Positions 57,105 to 64,000 of a DNA stretch of 64,000 nucleotides are shown here, in pieces. The DNA comes from Acidobacteriota bacterium (GTDB lineage: Bacteria > Acidobacteriota > UBA4820 > DSQY01): NCBI GenBank assembly GCA_021778515.1, contig JAJYCJ010000002.1:1542-65541 (forward strand), given 5' to 3'. Position 1 is the first letter of the stretch. Each line of letters opens with the position of its first letter. Both the position numbers and the translations under genes were made by a program. A model generated the notes under the pieces. It made no database searches and was not told the DNA's origin. It saw only the letters and a list, made by a program, of their open reading frames with translations.

Positions 57105-59632
57105 TGCCCGGCGGCAAGGGCCTCAAGCTGGCGCTCTGGTTCCTCTTGGCCGGAGTGGTCGCGGGGATATCGGCGGGTCTGTATGTCACCCGCAACATCC
57201 CCGAGGTGGATAGCCTCCAGTTCACCACCCCGAGCCTCATGACGCGGATCTACAGCCGGGACGGCCAGGTGCTCCAGGAGTACGGGGCCGAAAAGAGGAC
57301 CCTGATCCACTTCGCCGATATCTCCCCCAACTTCATCCACGCGCTGCTCGCCGTCGAGGATTCGGACTTCTACCACCACCACGGCATCTCGGTCCGCGGA
57401 ACGATCAGGGCCGCCCTGCAGGACCTGCTGCACGGGAGCCCCGGCCAAGGAGGGAGCACCCTGACGCAGCAGCTGGCCAGGCAGTACTTCCTCACGCCGG
57501 AAAAGACCATCTCCCGCAAAATCCGAGAGGCCATCCTGGCCATCAACATCGAAAGGCACTACAGCAAGGACCAGATCCTCGAGATGTATTCCAACAAGGT
57601 CTGCTTCGGCTACGGCTATTACGGAGTGGAGGCCAGTTCGCGGTTCTACTTCAACAAGAAGGCCAGGGACCTCACCATTCCCGAGGCCGCCCTGCTGGCC
57701 GGGCTCATCCAGCGCCCGGGCTATTACGCCCCCCTCAGCCATCCCGACCGCGCGCTGGCTCGCCGCAACGCCGTTCTCCTGCGGATGCTGCAGACCAAGT
57801 ACCTCACGCGGAGCCAGTACGAACAGTTCGTGCAAGCGCCGCTGGGCCTATCGACGGGGTTGGCGGAAAGCGAGAGCCGGGCCCCGTACGTCACCGAGCG
57901 CATCCGCATGTACTGCGAGGAGAAATACGGCGAGGAGGCTCTGTACGAGAAAGGCCTCCAGGTGTACACGACCATCGATCCCGCGCTGCAAGCTCAGGCC
58001 CAGCGGGCCGTGGTGGACGGCCTCCACTCCTACACCAACCGCCACGGCTACAAGGGGCCGCGGCGCGGAAACGGCGCCCCGCCGGAGTACACGGGCAGCC
58101 AGTTCGAGAAGGACGGCCGCTACTGGGCCACCGTCCAGAGCGCCAGCGCAGGAGAGGTGGTGGCGCGCCTGGGCCAGACCGAGGTCACCCTCACGCCCAA
58201 GAACTGGCCCTGGGCGCCGCAACTGGTCGCCGGCCGGACCTTCCGAGAAGGCGACCGCATCCTGCTCCACGTCACCGATCCCGGCCCGCCCCCAAAATTC
58301 GAACTGGACCAGGAGCCCAGGGCCCAGGCGGCCCTCATCGCCATGGACCCGCACACGGGCGAAGTCCTCGCCCTGGTGGGCGGCTACGACTTTTCGCAGT
58401 CCATGTACAACCGGGCCATCCAGGCCATGAGGCAGACCGGCTCCGCCGTCAAGCCCATCATTTACGCCACGGCCCTCGGGCTCGGCAGGACCCTGGCGGA
58501 CCAGGTCATCGACGAACCCACCCTCTTTCTGACGGGACGCGAACACGCGGACCAGCTCTGCACCGAAGGCTATATCCCACGGGACTTCGACCCGGACTAT
58601 TTCGGCCTGATCACCTACCGAACCGCCCTCGAGCACTCGGTCAACATCGCCGCCGTCCACATCCTCAACCAGATCGGCTATCAGCGTGTCATCGACGCGG
58701 CAAGGCGCCTCCACATCACCTCGACCCTCGAACCCTACCCCTCCATGGCGCTCGGCGCCTTCGAGATCAGCCTATGGGAGCTTACGGGGGCCTACACGGC
58801 CCTGGACAACAACGGCATCTGGGAACAGCCCCGCTTCATGAACCGCATCGCGGACCGGGACGGCAAGACCCTGGAGGAGGTCCGCTCCCTCGCCCAGCCC
58901 GTCTTCACCCCGGAAGTCAGCTACCTCATGATCCAGGCCATGAAGGGCGTCCTCAAGGTGGGAACGGCTGCCTCGGCGGCGGACATGAAGGGGAATTTCG
59001 CCGGCAAGACCGGCACCACGGACAAGTACACCGATGGCTGGTTCATCGGCTTCAACCCCGCAATCCTCTGCGGCGTCTGGGTCGGCAAGGATGACCACAA
59101 ATCCCTGGGGAACCTGGAGACCGGCGCCCGGGTAGCCCTCCCCATCTGGAGGCAGTTCATGGAGAAGGCCACCGCCGGGCAGCAGGATCTCGACTGGGTC
59201 CAGCCCCCCGACATCGTGACCGTTCCCATCGACGCACAGACCGGCCTTCGCTCCGACGCGGGCACCGCGTGCACCAAGGTGATCGACGAATACTTCCTCC
59301 AGGGGACGGAGCCCCAGGCCAGCTGCGGCCCGAAGGACCATCTCCGGGTCAAGCTCCCCTATTTCCTCCAGCGCTATCCCATCACCGACGGCCTCGCCCT
59401 CGTCATCCCCCGATCCGACCTCCAGGCCTGGCTCGCGGACTACCCCGCGGTCATCTCCCTCAAGGGAAGCAACGCCTTGCTCGTCTCCTGGGGCGGCGCT
59501 ACATTCACGGTGAAGCTGGAGATCGGGCCGCCTCGCGAAGGTCCCGTCCCGCAGGCCGTCATGCCCGGTCTCCCCCATGAAGGGGACGTGGCCTGCCGTG
59601 CCGTCACCGAGTACATCACGCAAGACCATTGA
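57104..59632 (+). CDS. mrcA: class A penicillin-binding protein (PBP1A, transglycosylase/transpeptidase)
   Basis: GT51 motifs EDSDFYHHHG and GGSTLTQQLAR. Transpeptidase motifs SAVKP, SVN and KTGT. ATG 57104 overlaps the upstream stop. Confidence 0.93.
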   Translation: MPGGKGLKLALWFLLAGVVAGISAGLYVTRNIPEVDSLQFTTPSLMTRIYSRDGQVLQEYGAEKRTLIHFADISPNFIHALLAVEDSDFYHHHGISVRGTIRAALQDLLHGSPGQGGSTLTQQLARQYFLTPEKTISRKIREAILAINIERHYSKDQILEMYSNKVCFGYGYYGVEASSRFYFNKKARDLTIPEAALLAGLIQRPGYYAPLSHPDRALARRNAVLLRMLQTKYLTRSQYEQFVQAPLGLSTGLAESESRAPYVTERIRMYCEEKYGEEALYEKGLQVYTTIDPALQAQAQRAVVDGLHSYTNRHGYKGPRRGNGAPPEYTGSQFEKDGRYWATVQSASAGEVVARLGQTEVTLTPKNWPWAPQLVAGRTFREGDRILLHVTDPGPPPKFELDQEPRAQAALIAMDPHTGEVLALVGGYDFSQSMYNRAIQAMRQTGSAVKPIIYATALGLGRTLADQVIDEPTLFLTGREHADQLCTEGYIPRDFDPDYFGLITYRTALEHSVNIAAVHILNQIGYQRVIDAARRLHITSTLEPYPSMALGAFEISLWELTGAYTALDNNGIWEQPRFMNRIADRDGKTLEEVRSLAQPVFTPEVSYLMIQAMKGVLKVGTAASAADMKGNFAGKTGTTDKYTDGWFIGFNPAILCGVWVGKDDHKSLGNLETGARVALPIWRQFMEKATAGQQDLDWVQPPDIVTVPIDAQTGLRSDAGTACTKVIDEYFLQGTEPQASCGPKDHLRVKLPYFLQRYPITDGLALVIPRSDLQAWLADYPAVISLKGSNALLVSWGGATFTVKLEIGPPREGPVPQAVMPGLPHEGDVACRAVTEYITQDH

Positions 59633-59633
59633 C

Positions 59634-60650
59634 GTGGGGCAGAGGGCCGTCCTCTGGCATGCGGGCGAGTCGGGGCGGGTGGTCTGCGATCTATGCGCCC
59701 ACCGCTGCACGATCCTCCCGGGGCGTCCGGGCATCTGCCAGGTGAGGGTGAACGCTCAGGGCGAGCTGCGCACCCTCTGCCACAACCGCCTCATCGCGGC
59801 CCACGTGGATCCCATCGAAAAGAAGCCCTTCTTCCATTTCCTGCCCGGCACGCGCTCCTACTCCATCGCGACCGTGGGCTGCAACTTCCGGTGCCGATAC
59901 TGCCAGAACTGGCAGATCAGCCAGGCCGTGCGAGAATTCAAGGAGACGGATGGAACGGAGATTGCTCCCGAGAAGGTTGTGGCCGCGGCCATCGGCCAGG
60001 CCTGCGACACCATCGCCTACACCTACACCGAGCCGACCATCTTCTTCGAGACGTGCGAGAGCGTCGGCCTGCTGGCCCGCGGGGCGGGGCTTCGCAACCT
60101 CTTCGTGACGAACGGCTACCTGACCCGCGAGGCCGTCGCCAGGGCCTCCACCTTTCTGGACGCCGCCAACGTGGACCTCAAGGGGTTCGACGACGGCCGA
60201 TACCGCCGGGTGTGCGGCGCCACCCTCAAGGGGGTCTTGGAGGGTCTGGAGCTGCTCCTGGCCGCCGGGGTCTGGGTCGAGGTCACCACGCTCGTCGTGC
60301 CGGGCGTGAACGACTCCGATCAGGAGCTGCGCTCCATAGCCCTCCACCTGGCGGGTCTTGGACGCTCCATCCCCTGGCACATCTCCCGGTTCCATCCGGA
60401 CTACAAGATGCTGGAGGAGGAGGCGACTCCCGTCGCCACCCTGGAGCGCGCCTACGCCCTCGGGCGGGAGGCGGGGCTCGATTACGTCTACGTGGGCAAC
60501 GTGCCCGGGCACCCCGGCGAGAGCACCTTCTGCCCGAATTGTGCGACAATGGTCATCACCCGGGAGGGCTTCACGCTGTCCTCCCGGCACATGCGAAACG
60601 GCGCTTGCAGCCGGTGCGGCGCGCCCGTCGCCGGCGTCTTTTCGGACTGA
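59634..60650 (+). CDS. amrS: AmmeMemoRadiSam-system radical SAM enzyme
   Basis: CDLCAHRCTILPGRPGICQVR, IEKKPFFHF, CNFRCRYCQNW, and C-terminal CPNC...CSRCG. GTG 59634 lies just after the PBP1A stop; the track start is 59577. Confidence 0.85.
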   Translation: MGQRAVLWHAGESGRVVCDLCAHRCTILPGRPGICQVRVNAQGELRTLCHNRLIAAHVDPIEKKPFFHFLPGTRSYSIATVGCNFRCRYCQNWQISQAVREFKETDGTEIAPEKVVAAAIGQACDTIAYTYTEPTIFFETCESVGLLARGAGLRNLFVTNGYLTREAVARASTFLDAANVDLKGFDDGRYRRVCGATLKGVLEGLELLLAAGVWVEVTTLVVPGVNDSDQELRSIALHLAGLGRSIPWHISRFHPDYKMLEEEATPVATLERAYALGREAGLDYVYVGNVPGHPGESTFCPNCATMVITREGFTLSSRHMRNGACSRCGAPVAGVFSD

Positions 60651-60663
60651 AGGAGAGCCTCGG

Positions 60664-61083
60664 ATGGCGTTCAACACCAATCGGCAGGATGGCGACCCCG
60701 TCGCCGACATCAACGTCACGCCCCTGGTGGACGTGATGCTCGTGCTCCTCGTCATCTTCATGATCACCACGCCCCTGTTCGAGCGCGGAATCGACGTCAA
60801 CCTCCCGCAGACCGTCACGAGCAACATCAGCGGGCAGGAGAGGGTGATCCTGACCATACCGAAGGACAAGAACTACGTCTATTTCAACAGCCAGCCCGTG
60901 AACCGCAACCTCATGAAGAGCTACCTGGAGCAGATCTTCAAGAATCGGCGCGACAAGACGGTCTACCTCTTTGCGGACCAGAGCGTTCCGTACGGTGAGG
61001 TGCTCTCCGTCATGGATGAGGTGAAACAGGCCGGCATCGAGACCGTCGGCCTGGCCACCGAGCCACCAAGCCACAAGCATTGA
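60664..61083 (+). CDS. ExbD/TolR-family biopolymer transport protein
   Basis: ADINVTPLVDVMLVLLVIFMITTP...DKTVYLFADQSVPYGEVLSVMDEVKQAGI. Confidence 0.88.
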   Translation: MAFNTNRQDGDPVADINVTPLVDVMLVLLVIFMITTPLFERGIDVNLPQTVTSNISGQERVILTIPKDKNYVYFNSQPVNRNLMKSYLEQIFKNRRDKTVYLFADQSVPYGEVLSVMDEVKQAGIETVGLATEPPSHKH

Positions 61084-61111
61084 CGGAGCGGGGCTCGCGG
61101 GAGGCCGTGCC

Positions 61112-61945
61112 ATGCGACCGGAGGGGACGGGAAGTTCCAAGGGCGACAGGCCTCCTTCCTCCACCGGCTCGACCTCCAACCGCCGCAGGGCCGCCGGACG
61201 TCCCCCGCTCCAGCCGCGACAGCCCATCCTCTCGAACCTCAGGCCCCTCAGGAGCAGGTCCGATTCCATCCTGCCCGTGGCCCTCATCCTCTCGGTCCTG
61301 GCCCACTTCATCGCCTTCGCCCTGGTCCTGACCCAGGTGCCCTCCTCCCACAAGCCGCTCTTCAACGGACCGGTCGTGGTCAGGCTCATCGAGCTGCCCA
61401 AGGGAGTGGGCGGGGAGACCGAGGGCACGCCCGGCAAGACCGCGGTGAGGCCCCCCCCCAAGGTTACCGAGCCCCCCGTGCGCCAGGAGAAGCCCAAGAC
61501 CACCCTTCCGGGCAAGGCGCCGCCGCCGCCCAAGGAAGGCGCATCGGTAGTCCAGTCCGAGAAGCCTGGGAAGGCCCTGGGCCTTGGCCACGGCGGACAG
61601 ACCGGGCTGGGCGGCAAGGCGGAGGGGCTGATCCTCGACGAGCCGACCTTCCAGTACGCCTGGTACAAGGCGCGCCTGGAGGACACCCTCAAGGCCAATT
61701 GGAGGAAGCCCGTCCTCAATAACACCAAGACGATCTCGGCCTCGGTCCACTTCATGATCCTGGCCAACGGAACCGTGCAGGGGGTCCAGCTCGTCTCCCC
61801 CTCGGGCATCGCTCAGTTCGACCAGTCCGTGCTCAGGGCGGTCTACAGCTCGGTCCCCTTTCCCCATTTCCCCCCGCAGTACACCGACCCCCAGCTCGGC
61901 GTCCTCTACACCTTCGAGCTCCTGCCCGAGGGCCAGAACCCGTGA
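61112..61945 (+). CDS. TonB/TolA-like energy-transducer protein
   Basis: TM segment ILPVALILSVLAHFIAFALVL, Pro/Lys-rich spacer, and C-terminal TonB_C-like YKARLEDTLKANWRKP...ILANGTVQGVQLVSPSG...FDQSVLRAV. Confidence 0.8.
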   Translation: MRPEGTGSSKGDRPPSSTGSTSNRRRAAGRPPLQPRQPILSNLRPLRSRSDSILPVALILSVLAHFIAFALVLTQVPSSHKPLFNGPVVVRLIELPKGVGGETEGTPGKTAVRPPPKVTEPPVRQEKPKTTLPGKAPPPPKEGASVVQSEKPGKALGLGHGGQTGLGGKAEGLILDEPTFQYAWYKARLEDTLKANWRKPVLNNTKTISASVHFMILANGTVQGVQLVSPSGIAQFDQSVLRAVYSSVPFPHFPPQYTDPQLGVLYTFELLPEGQNP

Positions 61946-61977
61946 AGGGAGCGCAGCCCGCGCCGAAGCCCCCGCCC

Positions 61978-62094
61978 ATGGAAGTCCGCCCCATGGGGAT
62001 CGTCCGATCCGCCTTGAAGAGGCGCGACGAGGCCCCCCGGCAGGGCCGCGAGGGGGCACCCCTTCTGGGCATCAAGCGCGACCGCGAGGAGTGA
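61978..62094 (+). pseudogene. 38-codon ORF resembling the N-terminus of TrmO/TsaA tRNA methyltransferase (possible gene remnant)
   Basis: MEVRPMGIVRSALKRRDEAPRQGREGAPLLGIKRDREE* resembles the TrmO N-terminal pattern (I)xPIGxIRSPxKxxxxxPRQ, from memory. It is truncated by a stop and no continuation is seen in other frames. Confidence 0.3.
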
Positions 62095-62196
62095 CGGCCG
62101 GGCCTCTCCACCTCGGCTGTGCCCCACATCGCGTCCGCAACGGGCCTCCACCAGGACACCTTGCGGCCCCGGCTCTCATCAGGTATTCTCGTCCCC

Positions 62197-63666
62197 ATGG
62201 CCCGCTTCCGCGAGCTCCTGAGGACTAAGAGCCTGGACGCCATCCTCGCCGATGCCGCGCGGGGCACCGACCACCTCAAGCGCGTCCTGGGCGCCTTCGA
62301 CCTCATGCTGCTGGGCATCGGCGGCGTGATCGGCGCCGGGATCTTCGCCCTGGTAGGCACGGCGGCGGCGGGTGACGCGGCCCGGCCGGGCGCCGGACCG
62401 GCCCTGGTGCTCTCCTTCCTCCTCACCGGCATCGCCTGCGCCTTCTGCGGCCTCTGCTATGCCGAGTTCGCTAGCCTGGTCCCCATTTCGGGAAGCGCCT
62501 ACACTTACGCCTATGCCACCCTGGGCGAGCTGATCGCCTGGATCATCGGCTGGGACCTGATCCTCGAATACGCCGTGGGCAACGTGGCCGTGGCCGTTTC
62601 CTGGTCGGGCTACTTCTGCGAGCTTCTGCGGGGCTTCGGCATCGAGTTCCCCCGCTGGCTGGCAACCGATCTGAGGACCGCGATCCACTCCCCCGAGATC
62701 CTCCACAGCGCGCCTCACATCTTCGGGGTGCCCATCATCTTCAACCTCCCAGCGTTCTCCATCGTCACCGCCCTCACCGTGCTCCTCGTCATCGGCATCA
62801 AGGAGAGCGCGCGGTTCAACGGCATCATGGTGGGAATCAAGCTCCTGGTGCTCGCCTTCTTCGTGGTGGTGGGCCTCACCTACGTCAAGCCGGCCAACTG
62901 GACCCCCTTCGCGCCCAACGGATGGGCCGGCGTCCAGGCGGGCGCGGCCGTGATCTTTTTCGCCTACATCGGCTTCGACGCCGTCTCCACGGCGGCGGAG
63001 GAGTGCAGGAACCCCACCCGCGACATGCCCATCGGCATCCTGGGCTCGCTGGCGATCTGCACCGTGATCTACATCGTCGTGGCCGCGGTCCTCACGGGCA
63101 TGATCCCGTGGAACCACCTGAACACGGCCGAACCCCTGTCGGTCGCCATGCGCGTGGTGCACAAGAACTGGGCCGCGGGGATAGTAGCCTTCGGGTCGGT
63201 GGTGGCCCACACGGCGGTTCTTCTGGTGTTCCAGCTCGGCCAGCCGAGGATCTTCTTCTCCATGTCGCGCGACGGGCTCCTGCCCCGTTCCTTTTCCAAG
63301 GTCCACCCGCGCTTCAAGACGCCCTACGTGACCACGATCCTGACGGGCGCCTTCGTGGCGCTGGCCTCCTCCATGGCGAGCCTCGATGAGATGGCGGACC
63401 TCTGCAACATCGGCACCCTGTCCGCCTTCATCCTCGTCTGCGCCGGGGTCATCGTGCTGCACTACCGCGAGCCGCTCCGCCCCCGTCCCTTCAAGACCCC
63501 CCTCGTGCCCCTCGTGCCCCTACTGGGCATCGGCTTCTGTCTCTACCTCATGCTGGGCCTACCCACCTTGGCGTGGATCCGCTTCGCCGTCTGGCTCGTG
63601 GTGGGGCTGGGCCTCTACTACGCGTACGGGTTCACCCACAGCAGGCTCGCCACGCGCTCCACGTGA
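62197..63666 (+). CDS. APC-superfamily amino acid permease (cationic amino acid transporter-like)
   Basis: LKRVLGAFDLMLLGIGGVIGAGIF...SFLLTGIACAFCGLCYAEFAS...FAYIGFDAVSTAAEE. About 12-14 TM segments. ATG 62197. Confidence 0.9.
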   Translation: MARFRELLRTKSLDAILADAARGTDHLKRVLGAFDLMLLGIGGVIGAGIFALVGTAAAGDAARPGAGPALVLSFLLTGIACAFCGLCYAEFASLVPISGSAYTYAYATLGELIAWIIGWDLILEYAVGNVAVAVSWSGYFCELLRGFGIEFPRWLATDLRTAIHSPEILHSAPHIFGVPIIFNLPAFSIVTALTVLLVIGIKESARFNGIMVGIKLLVLAFFVVVGLTYVKPANWTPFAPNGWAGVQAGAAVIFFAYIGFDAVSTAAEECRNPTRDMPIGILGSLAICTVIYIVVAAVLTGMIPWNHLNTAEPLSVAMRVVHKNWAAGIVAFGSVVAHTAVLLVFQLGQPRIFFSMSRDGLLPRSFSKVHPRFKTPYVTTILTGAFVALASSMASLDEMADLCNIGTLSAFILVCAGVIVLHYREPLRPRPFKTPLVPLVPLLGIGFCLYLMLGLPTLAWIRFAVWLVVGLGLYYAYGFTHSRLATRST

Positions 63667-63697
63667 CCTTCGACGCGGGGCCCCCAAGAAGGGAGGA

Positions 63698-63718
63698 GGG
63701 CCGTCGCGCTGACGGCCC
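63698..63718 (+). terminator. GC-rich hairpin downstream of the permease (possible terminator, no U-tract)
   Basis: GGGCCGTC-GCGCT-GACGGCCC is a perfect 8-bp stem, 32 nt after the stop. Confidence 0.3.
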
Positions 63719-64000
63719 TCGGAGGAGGGGGAGGTATGAGATCGAGGTCCAGAGTATGGAGAACGATTCCAAAGGGCGTTTTGCGGATGCATATCGCTTT
63801 CGAAACATGCGCCGTCCGCCCCGACTGGTGCCGATTCAACCGCCGCAGCGCGGCCTCGGCCTCTCTCGGCCCCGCTTCGAATGGCCGCACGAAGAGGCGC
63901 CGGCTTGAATTTGCCCGGCTCCGGCCTGTACATTGGTTCCAGATGAGAGGTCAGGGAGGAACGCCATGCCGATGACCTATCCCACGAGGCGGTTCCCGCG

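Overview
Visibly GC-rich bacterial chromosomal segment. The lineage cannot be fixed from sequence alone; the gene content (sigma54/NtrC regulators, PFOR, RodZ, PssA/Psd, many 4-nt start/stop overlaps) suggests an Acidobacteriota- or Deltaproteobacteria-like organism. No rRNA, CRISPR array, integrase or transposase was seen. The most unusual part is the left 16.5 kb, a dense Cu(I)/Ag(I) homeostasis cluster. It holds a secreted Met/Gly-rich protein, two cupredoxin-like paralogs and a sigma54-dependent two-component system. An apparent ~11 kb operon follows: cusC, a 3xHMBD periplasmic protein, cusB with a triplicated 165-bp module, cusA, copA, a diheme cytochrome c and a small secreted Cys/His/Met protein. 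A stand-alone TRASH/YHS protein closes the cluster. Three sequence matches to the sigma54 -24/-12 consensus sit in front of the three transcription units, so a single NtrC-type activator plausibly controls the whole cluster. The rest is mostly housekeeping, with several oddities. These include psd-pssA coupled to a catalytically dead Asd homolog, and a yceD-rpmF-plsX-fabHDG operon that stops before acpP/fabF. A tRNA-Leu(CAA) is followed by 2.6 tandem 263-bp units, each carrying a tRNA-Leu-derived tRNA-like remnant. A coupled operon places RodZ between two paralogous helical-repeat proteins, with a J-domain/TPR protein and a PP2C phosphatase. An orphan CheW-CheW-REC operon has a very long acidic Pro/Glu-rich response regulator. 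Also present are PFOR with a DHOD-like flavoprotein, def-fmt-rsmB, PBP1A, an orphan AmmeMemoRadiSam radical SAM enzyme and ExbD-TonB without ExbB. Many long ORFs in the track are antisense shadows typical of high-GC DNA and were rejected.
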